Source of the DNA: Candidatus Bathyarchaeota archaeon
GTDB taxonomy: Archaea; Thermoproteota; Bathyarchaeia; Bathyarchaeales; Bathycorpusculaceae
DNA: 64,000 bases
Assembly: GCA_963770935.1 (NCBI GenBank)
Contig: CAVYRJ010000004.1
Location: forward strand, 32,001-96,000
Direction of reading: 5' to 3'
In this document: piece by piece, positions 39,689-49,898 of the stretch
How the letters are laid out: each line of letters begins with the position of its first letter
How positions within the stretch are numbered: position 1 is the first letter of the stretch
Made by a program: the position numbers and the translations under genes
Notes under the pieces: model-generated
Seen by the model: the letters and a program-made list of their open reading frames with translations, nothing else
The model's database searches: none
Told to the model about the DNA's origin: nothing

Positions 39689-40795
39689 ATGATAACAGTT
39701 ACTAAAGCGGACCTTCCTCCTATTGAGAAATACTTTGAGTATTTGAGAAAAATCTGGGCTAATCATTGGTTGACAAACGACGGCGAATTTGTGCAGTTGC
39801 TTGGTCAGCGAATAGAAGAATATCTTGGTGTTAAGAACTTGGTTTTGCTTTCTAATGGTACTGTTGCGCTTCAGTTAGCATTAAGGGCGCTTAAACTTAA
39901 AGGCGAGGTAATCACGACGCCTTTTACGTTTGCTGCAACCACTAATGTTCTGCTTTGGGAAGGTCTAACTCCAGTTTTTGCAGATATAGACTCTGAAACA
40001 TATAATATCGATCCTCGTAAAGTAGAAGAAAAAATAACTGATAAAACAAGTGCCATACTTGCAGTTCATGTTTATGGTAACCCATGCTACATGAACGAAC
40101 TCCAAAGTATTGCAGAAAGGCATAATCTTAAGATTATTTATGACGCTGCTCATGCATTCGGCGTACAGTTTGAGGGGTATCCCGTCACATGTTTTGGCGA
40201 TTTATCTACACTCAGTTTTCATGCGACAAAAGTTTTTAACACAATTGAAGGTGGAGCGGTTGTTGCCAATGACGACAGGATTGTTGAGATTCTGAAATTA
40301 ATGAGGAACCATGGGATTAAGTCGGAGACTGAGGTTGTTCTTCCAGGAACTAATGCTAAAATGAATGAATTCCAGGCTGCTATGGGATTATGCAATCTTG
40401 ATTTCGTTGATGAATCAATGAGTTCAAGAAAAGTTCTTTATGACCGATATGTTGAGCGGTTATCCGGTTTGCCAATTACTTTCCAAAAAATAGTCGCATC
40501 AAAATACAATTTTAGCTATATGCCCATTTTGTTTGAATCATCTACAGAGCGGGATTCCGTTTACTCTTTCCTTATTGAAAAAGGAATAAAACCGAGAAAG
40601 TATTTCTTTCCTCTTACAGTAAATTTTGATTATTTTAAGAAAGAAGGACTTGGGTTAGTTGAGAAATATGGACTTGAAAATGCCACAAAAATCGCTGACA
40701 GGGTTTTATGTCTTCCGCTTCATCCAAGCCTTGAGGCTTCAAAGGTTGATTATATTACATCTTTGATTGAAGAAAATCATAAACTCTATTTTTAG
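39689..40795 (+). CDS. DegT/DnrJ aminotransferase (VioA-like)
   Basis: WLTN.G, SNGT.AL, DAAHAFG, SFHATKVFNTIEGG, GTNAKMNEFQAA. Confidence 0.9.
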   Translation: MITVTKADLPPIEKYFEYLRKIWANHWLTNDGEFVQLLGQRIEEYLGVKNLVLLSNGTVALQLALRALKLKGEVITTPFTFAATTNVLLWEGLTPVFADIDSETYNIDPRKVEEKITDKTSAILAVHVYGNPCYMNELQSIAERHNLKIIYDAAHAFGVQFEGYPVTCFGDLSTLSFHATKVFNTIEGGAVVANDDRIVEILKLMRNHGIKSETEVVLPGTNAKMNEFQAAMGLCNLDFVDESMSSRKVLYDRYVERLSGLPITFQKIVASKYNFSYMPILFESSTERDSVYSFLIEKGIKPRKYFFPLTVNFDYFKKEGLGLVEKYGLENATKIADRVLCLPLHPSLEASKVDYITSLIEENHKLYF

Positions 40796-40945
40796 GCATA
40801 AATCACTCAAAAGTCGAAGTTAATTGACTGTAAGTCGCTTAAGCGTAGGATTTGTATATTTTTGTTGTTCTCAAGGAAAGTCTTTTTAAGGCATCCAAGT
40901 GCATAGTGGAGTATTCATACGTGAGATGTCGGCGGTTTAAGCATA

Positions 40946-41308
40946 TTGCAGAATAACCCTCTAAGCCTACTTAATAGATCAGATCTGATAAAACTAAGAG
41001 TGAAAGCCATCCGCGCTGGCGTGTGGTTCAAAGCTTTACCTAGGATCGATAGAGTGCTTGTTGATTTAACGATAAAAGTAGCTGAAAACATTCGCAGTGC
41101 ATATTTAGCCAAGAGTATATTTGCTGTCGTGGGCAAGTTGGAGGGGTTATTGGAAAGCAGTGTCATGAAATCATTAAGGTTGATTGGTTGCCCGCTTGCA
41201 GAAAAAATCAGTTCTATAGCCCAAAAATTGGGCAACACTTCATCCAAGAACTGGGCGTCAGATTCATCGTTTGCGTTTTTCTTAGCTGTAATGCATACAA
41301 ATAGATGA
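40946..41308 (+). CDS. Hypothetical basic helical protein
   Basis: 120 aa, KA.R.GVWF.AL..IDR, A.K.GN..S..WA.D..F..FL; preceded by its own intergenic region. Confidence 0.65.
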   Translation: MQNNPLSLLNRSDLIKLRVKAIRAGVWFKALPRIDRVLVDLTIKVAENIRSAYLAKSIFAVVGKLEGLLESSVMKSLRLIGCPLAEKISSIAQKLGNTSSKNWASDSSFAFFLAVMHTNR

Positions 41309-41341
41309 CTCTATGGAATATTTAATAGGTAATTAGTTCGT

Positions 41342-42280
41342 ATGACCAAAGCTCTAGTTACTGGTGGCGCTGGATTCATTGGTAGCCATGTTGTTGACCG
41401 ATTGGTCAATGAAGGGTATGAAATTAGGATTATAGATGACTTATCTACGGGTAAATTGGACAATATTAAAGGTCATTTAAGCTCCGGCGAAGTTGAGCTG
41501 ATTAGGGGTGACATTCGTGATGCTTCTCTTGTCAAAAAAAGTCTCGAAGGCGTTACTGTTGTTATTCATTTGGCTGCATTAGTTAGTGTTCCTCTCTCTG
41601 TTGAGAATCCCAATTTAACTTTCGACATTAACCTTTTAGGAACCCTGAATTTACTTCGCTCGAGTATTCAGAAGCATATCGATCGGTTTGTGTTTATTTC
41701 CAGCTGTGCCGTTTGTGGTGAACCCGCGTCGTTGCCAGTTACCGAGGAAACGCGAACGAATCCGATTTCGCCTTATGCAGAATCAAAGCTTATCGGCGAA
41801 CGTTACTGCTTGGGCTTCAGCGAACGGCGCCTTTTGCCTTCTGTTGTGTTGCGTTTCTTCAATGTTTATGGTCCAAGGCAAGGTATGAACGAATATAGTG
41901 GAGTCATTACTCGTTTCATTGAACGATGTGGTCAGAAGTTGCCTTTGACAATCTATGGCGACGGTTTACAGACAAGAGATTTCGTTAATGTTAGAGATGT
42001 TGCAGAAGCAATTTTTGCTTCAACAAAAAGCAGCAAGGCTGAAGGCGAAGTTTTTAACATCGGTTCAGGCAAGCCTACAACTATTAACGAGCTAGCACAT
42101 GCAATTTTGGAGTTGACTGGTGTAGACTCAAAAATTAACTATGAAAAGCCTCGAGTTGGCGATATCAAAGACAGTTATGCAGACATTACCAAAGCTAAGA
42201 AGTTCTTGAGTTATGAGCCTAGAGTTTCGTTGAGAGATGGTTTACATGTTTTACTTAAAGAAAAAAAGTCTACTGTATAA
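41342..42280 (+). CDS. NDP-sugar 4-epimerase (GalE/WbpP-like)
   Basis: TGGAGFIGSH, HLAA, SPYAESK, LRFFNVYGPRQ, GDG.QTRDF. Confidence 0.92.
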   Translation: MTKALVTGGAGFIGSHVVDRLVNEGYEIRIIDDLSTGKLDNIKGHLSSGEVELIRGDIRDASLVKKSLEGVTVVIHLAALVSVPLSVENPNLTFDINLLGTLNLLRSSIQKHIDRFVFISSCAVCGEPASLPVTEETRTNPISPYAESKLIGERYCLGFSERRLLPSVVLRFFNVYGPRQGMNEYSGVITRFIERCGQKLPLTIYGDGLQTRDFVNVRDVAEAIFASTKSSKAEGEVFNIGSGKPTTINELAHAILELTGVDSKINYEKPRVGDIKDSYADITKAKKFLSYEPRVSLRDGLHVLLKEKKSTV

Positions 42281-42399
42281 GTATGAGAACATTGGTTCTA
42301 TGAAAAGGCTAAAAGGGCCATTAGGTTGCGTAGCCTTTTTAAATTGAGTTATACACTAAACATTATGCATGTTATTGGTCGGCAAGGAAAGAAGATTTA

Positions 42400-43341
42400 A
42401 TGGTAATGCAAGCATTCGAGATGAATTCATCAACAAAGATGAAACCGTTTATAGTTGTCGGCATACCAGCGTTTAACGAAGAGCAAACTATTGCACGAGT
42501 AATTCTGGAAGCTCAAAAATTTGCAAGTAAAGTTGTTGTCTGCGATGATGGATCTACGGACTATACTGCAAAAATCTCAGAAGGCTTAGGCGCTGATGTG
42601 ATTAGGCATGAGAAGAATAGTGGTTACGGGGCTTCGATCAAAAGTCTTTTCTTACGTGCTAACGAGTTGAATGCTGATGTTTTTGTTACTTTAGATGCCG
42701 ATGGTCAACATGAGCCAAATGAGATTCCACTTGTAATCAAACCCATTGTTGAGGGCGCAGCTGATGTGGTGATTGGCAGCCGATTTGTTAATAAAAATGG
42801 AACAATAGAGATGCCGCTTTACAGGCAACTTGGTGCTAAACTTATTACCAAAATGGTTAACGGTTCAGCAAAGAACGGCGTATCTGACTCTCAAAGTGGT
42901 TTTAGAGCTTATAGTCAATTAGCATTGGATCGCCTTAACTTCTTTGAGGATGGCATGGGAGCCAGTGTCGAAATACTGCTTAAAGCCAGCAAACAAGATT
43001 TGCGTATTGTTGAGGTTCCAAGTACATGCAAGTATAATACAAGTAGTGGTGATACGTCTTCTGAGAATCCAGTAACACACGCTATGGGAGTAATTTTTTC
43101 ATTGATCCGTTTAGTTGTGGAAGAAAGACCATTATTGTTTTTGGGTGTTCCTAGTTTATTTTGTTTGCTCGCTGGTGTTGGATTTGGAGTATGGATGTTG
43201 CAGATTTATGCCGCAATACAAATTATAGAAACAAATGTTGCATTGGCATCGTTGGCGTTTATTTTAATAGGATTCTTTATGTTATCGACTTCTATCACGT
43301 TGTATGCTATAGCTAGAATATCAGAAAAATTCGCCAAATAA
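42400..43341 (+). CDS. GT2 glycosyltransferase (DPM synthase-like) with C-terminal TMs
   Basis: IPAFNEE, DDGSTD.T, TLDADGQH, IGSRF, DSQSGFRAY. Confidence 0.9.
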   Translation: MVMQAFEMNSSTKMKPFIVVGIPAFNEEQTIARVILEAQKFASKVVVCDDGSTDYTAKISEGLGADVIRHEKNSGYGASIKSLFLRANELNADVFVTLDADGQHEPNEIPLVIKPIVEGAADVVIGSRFVNKNGTIEMPLYRQLGAKLITKMVNGSAKNGVSDSQSGFRAYSQLALDRLNFFEDGMGASVEILLKASKQDLRIVEVPSTCKYNTSSGDTSSENPVTHAMGVIFSLIRLVVEERPLLFLGVPSLFCLLAGVGFGVWMLQIYAAIQIIETNVALASLAFILIGFFMLSTSITLYAIARISEKFAK

Positions 43342-43357
43342 TTGCGAGGAATGAATT

Positions 43358-44284
43358 ATTAGCACAAAGATCTTAGTGACAGGCGGTTTGGGCTTTATTG
43401 GCTCAAATTTAGTTCAAGAACTAGAAAAACACGGATATGATGTATGGGCTTGCGATTTGATACAATCTTGGCAGTCAAACTACGTTCGCTGTGACGTTAG
43501 TAAATTTGGCCAGGTGGAGAGGATGTTTGATGAGCATGCCTTTGATTATGTTTATCATGCGGCGGCAGAGTATGGTAGGTGGAATGGCGAGGATTACTAT
43601 GAAAACCTCTGGGCAACAAATGCTGTAGGCACTAAGAACATTCTGCGTGCGCAAGAGAAGAAGAAGTTCCGTTTGATTTTCTTTGGTAGCGCTGAAGTTT
43701 ACGGGGATTATGAGGGTGTTATGCGGGAGGACGTTATGGATACTGTTGCGATTAAGCAGATGAATGACTATGCCATTTCTAAATGGGTAAACGAAATGCA
43801 AATCCTAAATTCTGCTTCTATGTTTGGAACTGAGACGGTTAGGATGCGGTTGTTTAATGTTTATGGCGTAGGCGAGCATTATACGCCCTACCGGGGTTGG
43901 ATTCCCAAATTTATCTACAAAGCAATGCATGATGAGCCTTATACTGTTTTTTTGGGTCATAAGCGTACTCTTGAATATGTTGAGGACCTCTGCAGAGCAT
44001 TCGCTAATATTATTGATAATTTTAAGTCGGGTGAGGTTTACAACTTTGGCGGAGAGACTCAGTATGATATCAAGTTTGTTTCTGATTTGATATTGAAGAA
44101 CCTGAATAAAGATGACTCCAAAGTTACTTACAAAGACTCAGAGCCTTTTACGACTAAAATAAAGACTCCAGATGCGTCCAAGGCAAGGAAGGATTTGGAT
44201 TTTAAATTGACCGTGGCCCCAGAAGATGGTATTCGTAGGACTGTGGATTGGTTCAAAGAACTTTACGATAAACAGAGTGTTTGA
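43358..44284 (+). CDS. NAD-dependent sugar epimerase/dehydratase
   Basis: KILVTGGLGFIGS, HAAA, NDYAISK, RLFNVYG; start uncertain (ATT 43358, since GTG 43376 lies inside the Rossmann motif). Confidence 0.88.
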   Translation: MSTKILVTGGLGFIGSNLVQELEKHGYDVWACDLIQSWQSNYVRCDVSKFGQVERMFDEHAFDYVYHAAAEYGRWNGEDYYENLWATNAVGTKNILRAQEKKKFRLIFFGSAEVYGDYEGVMREDVMDTVAIKQMNDYAISKWVNEMQILNSASMFGTETVRMRLFNVYGVGEHYTPYRGWIPKFIYKAMHDEPYTVFLGHKRTLEYVEDLCRAFANIIDNFKSGEVYNFGGETQYDIKFVSDLILKNLNKDDSKVTYKDSEPFTTKIKTPDASKARKDLDFKLTVAPEDGIRRTVDWFKELYDKQSV

Positions 44285-44297
44285 TGGGGCGTTTAGT

Positions 44298-45299
44298 TTG
44301 AACAAAAAAGTGCTTGATGTGTTTGATGGAAAGACTGTTTTGGTGACTGGTGGCGCTGGTGCTATTGGTTCTAACTTGGTTAAGAAGCTGTGCGAACTGA
44401 AGACAAAGAAGATCATAATTATTGATGATTTTTCTTCATCTTATGATTGGAATGTGCCTGTAAGCCCAAAAATTACTTTGATTAAGGGTAACATTTTAGA
44501 TGATGAGAAGTTGAAGTGGGCATTTAAGGAGAGACCTGAGATTGTTTATCATCTTGCTGCTCATTTTGCTAATCAGAATTCAGTTGATAATCCCGAAACT
44601 GATTTGATGGTTAATGGTATGGGTATTTTGAGGGTTCTTGAGTTTGCGCATTTGGTTGGGGTAGAGCGTTTTGTTTATGCTTCTTCGGGTTGTGGTATTT
44701 ATGGTGCTGATTCGAAGATGCCGTTTGAAGAGCATGATGTTTCGATGAAGCTTTACACGCCATATCAAGTGACAAAGATGTTAGGCGAGCTCTATACTAA
44801 TTATTATTTTAATTTGTATCATCTTCCAATTGTTAATGCGAGATTTTTTAATTCGTATGGTCCTGGTGAGGTTCCGGGAAAGTACAGAAATGTTATCCCG
44901 AATTTCTTTTATTGGGCAATTAACAAGCAACCATTGCCTATTACGGGTACTGGTGATGAGACTAGGGATTTTACTTTTGTTGGGGATCTCGTTAATGGTT
45001 TGTTATCTATGGCGTATTATAAGGAGGCGATTGGAGAGGCTTTTAATTTGGCGACTGCGAAAGAGATTCGGATTGGTGATCTGGCTTTGTGGATTAATGA
45101 ATTAACTGGTAATAAGGCTGGAGTTGTTTTCACTGAAAGGCGTGATTGGGACAAGAAAAATCGGCTCTTGGCATCGATTGATAAAGCAAGCCGGGTTCTC
45201 GGATACGATCCGTGTATGGATTTCAAAGAAGGACTAAAGAAAGTAAATGCCTGGTTTGTTGAAAACTGGGAAAATATCGATGCCTCATATAAAAATTAA
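44298..45299 (+). CDS. NAD-dependent sugar epimerase/dehydratase
   Basis: VLVTGGAGAIGS, HLAAHFANQNS, TPYQVTK, RFFNSYGPGE, ETRDFT. Confidence 0.9.
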   Translation: MNKKVLDVFDGKTVLVTGGAGAIGSNLVKKLCELKTKKIIIIDDFSSSYDWNVPVSPKITLIKGNILDDEKLKWAFKERPEIVYHLAAHFANQNSVDNPETDLMVNGMGILRVLEFAHLVGVERFVYASSGCGIYGADSKMPFEEHDVSMKLYTPYQVTKMLGELYTNYYFNLYHLPIVNARFFNSYGPGEVPGKYRNVIPNFFYWAINKQPLPITGTGDETRDFTFVGDLVNGLLSMAYYKEAIGEAFNLATAKEIRIGDLALWINELTGNKAGVVFTERRDWDKKNRLLASIDKASRVLGYDPCMDFKEGLKKVNAWFVENWENIDASYKN

Positions 45300-45330
45300 A
45301 AGCAAAAAGACTAATTGAGCAAGAACTGTT

Positions 45331-47397
45331 TTGTGTGGCATTTTTGGGCTATTAATCGGTGAGGATCTAAAGCTCTCACCCAAAGATCTAATGCAAGTCT
45401 TAAACAGCATTTTTAAGTTGTCAGAGTCTCGTGGTAAAGAAGCGTCAGGGTTAGCTGTTAGACTTAAGGATTCAATTTATGTGCTTAAGGAGCCAATTAC
45501 CTCATCAAAACTAGTTAAGACCTCAAGGTACAAAGAGCTGTTCAATCAAACAATAAACACTGAGGGATATAATGGCTATCAGTTGCAAGCTCCAATTTTA
45601 ATCTTGGGTCATTCACGCTTGCAAACTAACGGTCAAAGTGAAATCAACGCTAACAATCAGCCCGTTGTGAAGGATGGAGCCGTTGGAATCCATAATGGAA
45701 TTATTGTTAATGATGATAAATTATGGAAATCATTTTCTGAACTAAAAAAGAAATATGATGTTGATACAGAGGTATTTCTTGGTTTATTGCAGATGTTTCG
45801 GGCTCAAGGCAAATCTGTAATTGAAGCTTTAAAGCTTGTTTTTGAACAAATTGAGGGTTCAGCTTCTGTGGCTGTTGAATTTGATGATGTTAATAATCTT
45901 ATACTTGCATCAAACACTGGTTCACTTTATATGGCTTTGGACAAAAGTGAGAAGATTTTGGTGTTTGCTTCTGAAAAATATATTCTTCAACAGGTTCTTA
46001 ATAATAAATTATTAAGAAATCTCTTCGCTGAATGGCAAATAACACAGGTTAAGGCAGGTCAAGGTTACCTATTCGATCTTAATTTAACAAAAAAGCAGAT
46101 GTTTTCATTAAATGAGACTTCAGTTGAAAATGCCGCTGTTTGTCAATCAAAGTCAAAAGCCAAAATCTATGAACTCTACGACCAGCAATCTCCACTACTT
46201 CCAGACCCAAGCCAATACCTTTTGGGAGAAGATATTAAACGAGTGATGATTCAAAACTGGAAAGCACTTTATTCAAGTGAAACTTCGCTAAAAAGGTGTA
46301 ACCGTTGCCTTTTGCCTGAGACGATGCCTTTCATATGCTTTGATCAAGAAGGCGTTTGTAGTTATTGTAGAGATTATGAGACAAGAGGTAATTACCTGAA
46401 AGGAGAAAAAGCGCTTGAAGAATTTATTTCTCAGTATCGGAGTAATTCAGGCGAACCAGATGTTCTTTTGGGTTTTAGTGGTGGAAGAGACAGCGCATTT
46501 GGATTGGACTACATTAAGAATACTTTGGGTTTGCATCCCATAACTTTTACATACGATTGGGGGATGGTAAACGACCTTGCTCGCAGAAATCAAGCAAGAG
46601 TAGTTGGTAAACTGGGCATAGAACACATTGTTATTTCAGCTGACATTCGAACTAAACGTACAAACATACGTAAGAATTTGAAGGCTTGGTTGAAAAGACC
46701 AGATCTAGGTATGGTTCCCATACTTATGGCTGGAGACAAGCAATTTTATTATTATTTTCACAAGGTTCGAAAGCAAACTGGAATAAAGCTGTTCATTTTC
46801 TGCGGTGGATATGAAGGTGAAGAAGGAACTGGACTTTTCAAGTACGGGTTTTGTAACGTTACAACTCAAGGTAATAAGAATGCGTTGAAGCGAATGACTG
46901 GTATTTCACGAAAAAATAAGTTAAAAATAATGTATTATTATCTGAAGCAATTTGTTATGAACCCTGCTTATATTAACAAGTCAATATTTGATACTTTGTT
47001 TGCCTATTATTCCTCTTATGTATTGACTGATGATTATTTGTATCTTTTCCACTATTTGGATTGGGACGAAAGCAAAATTGTAAATTCTATAACTGAGAAG
47101 TTCAATTGGGAAAGAGAGACTGATACAATTGCAACTTGGCGCACTGACGATGGTACAGCAGCATTCTATAACTATATTTATATGACGTTGGCAGGGTTTA
47201 CTGAGTTTGACATTTTTAGGAGCCATCAAATACGAGAAGGTAAACTGACCAGAGCTCAAGCGTTTGAAATCATAAAAGAAGAAAACAAACCTCGTTTCAA
47301 ATCCATAGAATGGTATGGACAAGCCATTGATTTTGACATGAACAAAGCTATAGAAACAATAAACTCGGCACCAAGACTTTACCCGAAAACCAAATAA
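45331..47397 (+). CDS. Class II glutamine amidotransferase fused to a PP-loop sugar amidotransferase domain
   Basis: MCGIFG Ntn-Cys start, GHSRL.T.G, HNGII.N, DTEV; then C..C.LP...GVC.YC and GFSGGRDS. Confidence 0.85.
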   Translation: MCGIFGLLIGEDLKLSPKDLMQVLNSIFKLSESRGKEASGLAVRLKDSIYVLKEPITSSKLVKTSRYKELFNQTINTEGYNGYQLQAPILILGHSRLQTNGQSEINANNQPVVKDGAVGIHNGIIVNDDKLWKSFSELKKKYDVDTEVFLGLLQMFRAQGKSVIEALKLVFEQIEGSASVAVEFDDVNNLILASNTGSLYMALDKSEKILVFASEKYILQQVLNNKLLRNLFAEWQITQVKAGQGYLFDLNLTKKQMFSLNETSVENAAVCQSKSKAKIYELYDQQSPLLPDPSQYLLGEDIKRVMIQNWKALYSSETSLKRCNRCLLPETMPFICFDQEGVCSYCRDYETRGNYLKGEKALEEFISQYRSNSGEPDVLLGFSGGRDSAFGLDYIKNTLGLHPITFTYDWGMVNDLARRNQARVVGKLGIEHIVISADIRTKRTNIRKNLKAWLKRPDLGMVPILMAGDKQFYYYFHKVRKQTGIKLFIFCGGYEGEEGTGLFKYGFCNVTTQGNKNALKRMTGISRKNKLKIMYYYLKQFVMNPAYINKSIFDTLFAYYSSYVLTDDYLYLFHYLDWDESKIVNSITEKFNWERETDTIATWRTDDGTAAFYNYIYMTLAGFTEFDIFRSHQIREGKLTRAQAFEIIKEENKPRFKSIEWYGQAIDFDMNKAIETINSAPRLYPKTK

Positions 47398-47401
47398 ACC
47401 A

Positions 47402-48658
47402 TTGATAAAGAAAAAGTTGAGCTCCCAGAAACTTCAAGATAAAGCAAAATCATCATTGAAGGTCCTTATTATCGGTGAATACTTTCCGCCAGATATAGGT
47501 GGCGCGGCAACTAGAGCAAATAACGTTGCAAAAGGACTTGCATTGAATGGTTGCGATGTCACTATAGTTACGGCTTTTCCCCATTATCCGACTGGAAATA
47601 TTCCTAAAGAATACAAGCACAAGCCATTAAAAGTCGAATATACAGGAAATTCAAGGGTTATCAGAACTTTCGTTTTTCCTTTAATGTCAGAAGGGCTTCA
47701 TAAAAGGCTGGTTATTTTTTGCTCGTTTATTGTTTCAACTTTGTTTGCTTTGCCGTTTGTTGGGAAAATTGATGTAGTTTGGGCTGCAAACCCTGATGTG
47801 TTTGTGCTTTTGCCAGCTAACATATATGGAAGTATTAAGAGACGGCCTATAGTGTCCAATGTTGACGATTTGATTATTGAGGATTTATATGATTTAAATT
47901 TAGTTCAAAGAGGGTCGGTTACTTCGAAATTAGCTGAGTTTTTTACTAGGGTGCTTTTTGCTAAAGTTAAAGCGGTTACACCGATAAGTCCAGGATATAT
48001 TCAAACCTTAAGAAAATATGGGGTAGACAAAAATGACATTCAGGTAGTGAGAGGAGGTGTGGATTTGGATGTTTTCAAACCACAATCCAAACATAAAGTT
48101 GGGAAAAAATTTACAGTATTGTATTCCGGCGGCTTTTCGATAGCATATGATTTTGAACAAATATTCAAGGCTGCAAAAATTATTGAGGCCATAGATCCTG
48201 CCGTTGAGTTTGTTATTCAAGGGAAAGGAGAGCTCTTAAATTCTATGCGTTCAAAAGTTAATGAACTAAAATTGAAAAGTGTGCAGATCCTTGATAAGTT
48301 ACTAAGCAGGGAAGAGGTGGGTGAGTTTTTGAGTCAGGCAGATGTGTTGATTTTGCCTCTTGCTGATTTTAAAACGCCTTATCGTGGTATGTCATCTAAA
48401 CTTTATGAGTATCAAGCTGCTGGAAAGCCGATAATTTGCTGCAGCAAAGGTATACCGAAAGATTATGTGGAAGAAACAAATTCAGGGTTGTGTGTTAATC
48501 CAGGGGATTACAAAGCTCTGGCAAAAGCAGTAATGGACTTGCGTTTGAATGAGAAGATCGCGAAAACAATGGGCATTAATGGGAGAAAACTTGTGGAAAA
48601 GGAAGACTCAATTCAGGCCATTGGATTACAAATGAAAACAATCTTAGAATCCTGTTAA
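47402..48658 (+). CDS. GT4 glycosyltransferase (WbuB-like)
   Basis: YFPP..GGAA.R, FPHYP.G, SKLYEY.A.GKPII. Confidence 0.9.
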   Translation: MIKKKLSSQKLQDKAKSSLKVLIIGEYFPPDIGGAATRANNVAKGLALNGCDVTIVTAFPHYPTGNIPKEYKHKPLKVEYTGNSRVIRTFVFPLMSEGLHKRLVIFCSFIVSTLFALPFVGKIDVVWAANPDVFVLLPANIYGSIKRRPIVSNVDDLIIEDLYDLNLVQRGSVTSKLAEFFTRVLFAKVKAVTPISPGYIQTLRKYGVDKNDIQVVRGGVDLDVFKPQSKHKVGKKFTVLYSGGFSIAYDFEQIFKAAKIIEAIDPAVEFVIQGKGELLNSMRSKVNELKLKSVQILDKLLSREEVGEFLSQADVLILPLADFKTPYRGMSSKLYEYQAAGKPIICCSKGIPKDYVEETNSGLCVNPGDYKALAKAVMDLRLNEKIAKTMGINGRKLVEKEDSIQAIGLQMKTILESC

Positions 48659-48671
48659 GTGGGAATTTTCA

Positions 48672-49856
48672 TTGAAAATTTTATCAGTGATTCCTTATTT
48701 TTACCCTGCTGAATTTTTCGGAGGTCCTGTTAAGATAGCCTTCGATTTAGGTAAAGAATTGGTCAAAAGGGGTAATGAGGTTTTTGTCTATACCTCTGAT
48801 GCTTTGGACTTGAATAACAGAGTTAAAAAAAAAGAAATTGAAATAGAAGGGATGTGCGTACATTATTTCAAAAATTTATCAATGTTTTCGGTTAAGGCAT
48901 CTAAACTTTTTTTGACACCTGAAATGTATAAACAATTGTACATTGATTTGAGCAGTTTAGATTCATTTGACATTATTCATGTTCATGAATATTCAACTTA
49001 CCAAAATATCATTGTCCGCCAATTAGCAAAAAAATATGGTGTTCCATATGTTCTTCAAGCTCATGGGTCATTGCCAATAATTGGTCGAGAAGGCAGGCGA
49101 TGGCTTTTTGATGCTTTTTTTGGTCATAACCTATTAAAAGATGCTGCAAAAGTAATTGCCTTAAACCGTATGGAAGTTAACCAATATAGCCTAGCAGGGG
49201 TACCGGCTGAAAAAATAGCTTTGATTCCTAATGGAATTGATTTATCTCAATTCGCAGACTTGCCCATAAGAGGTCGTTTTAGAAAAAAATTTGGCATAAA
49301 TGAGAACAAACAAATATTGTTATTCCTAGGAAGGCTAAATAAAATAAAAGGTCTTGATACCCTTGTTATTGCTTTTAAGCAAATAATTAAAGAATCTAAG
49401 AATATCATACTTATAATAGCTGGTCCAGACGACGGTTATCTTGATTCGCTTAAAAACTTGGTTAGTTCTTTGAAAATGGGCAATAATGTTTTGCTGGTCG
49501 GACCTTTATATGGCGAAGATAAGCTTTCCGCATATGTAGATGCTGACGTATACGTTTTGCCTTCTACATATGAAACATTCCCTGTTACAATATTGGAAGC
49601 ATATGCATGTTCCAAACCTGTAATTGCCTCAAATATTGGTAGTTTAAACAATCTCGTTTTTGACGGAGTGACAGGTCTTTTGGTTGAAGCAAGCTCTGCA
49701 AAGAAGCTAGCGCAAAGTGTTATTTCATTGTTGAATGATCCTAAAAAAGCGAAGGAAATGGGGTTAAACGGAAGAAGGCTCGTTTACGAAAATTATAATA
49801 CAGAAAAAATTGGAGAAATGTTTGAGACTATATACAATTCAATTCTTTGCTCGTAA
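48672..49856 (+). CDS. GT4 glycosyltransferase
   Basis: FGGP, IPNGID, FLGRL..IKG.D, ETFP..ILEA.AC..PVI. Confidence 0.92.
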   Translation: MKILSVIPYFYPAEFFGGPVKIAFDLGKELVKRGNEVFVYTSDALDLNNRVKKKEIEIEGMCVHYFKNLSMFSVKASKLFLTPEMYKQLYIDLSSLDSFDIIHVHEYSTYQNIIVRQLAKKYGVPYVLQAHGSLPIIGREGRRWLFDAFFGHNLLKDAAKVIALNRMEVNQYSLAGVPAEKIALIPNGIDLSQFADLPIRGRFRKKFGINENKQILLFLGRLNKIKGLDTLVIAFKQIIKESKNIILIIAGPDDGYLDSLKNLVSSLKMGNNVLLVGPLYGEDKLSAYVDADVYVLPSTYETFPVTILEAYACSKPVIASNIGSLNNLVFDGVTGLLVEASSAKKLAQSVISLLNDPKKAKEMGLNGRRLVYENYNTEKIGEMFETIYNSILCS

Positions 49857-49898
49857 AGTTACTTGGTAATATTTCAATAAAGGTTTTAGTTTATTTCG

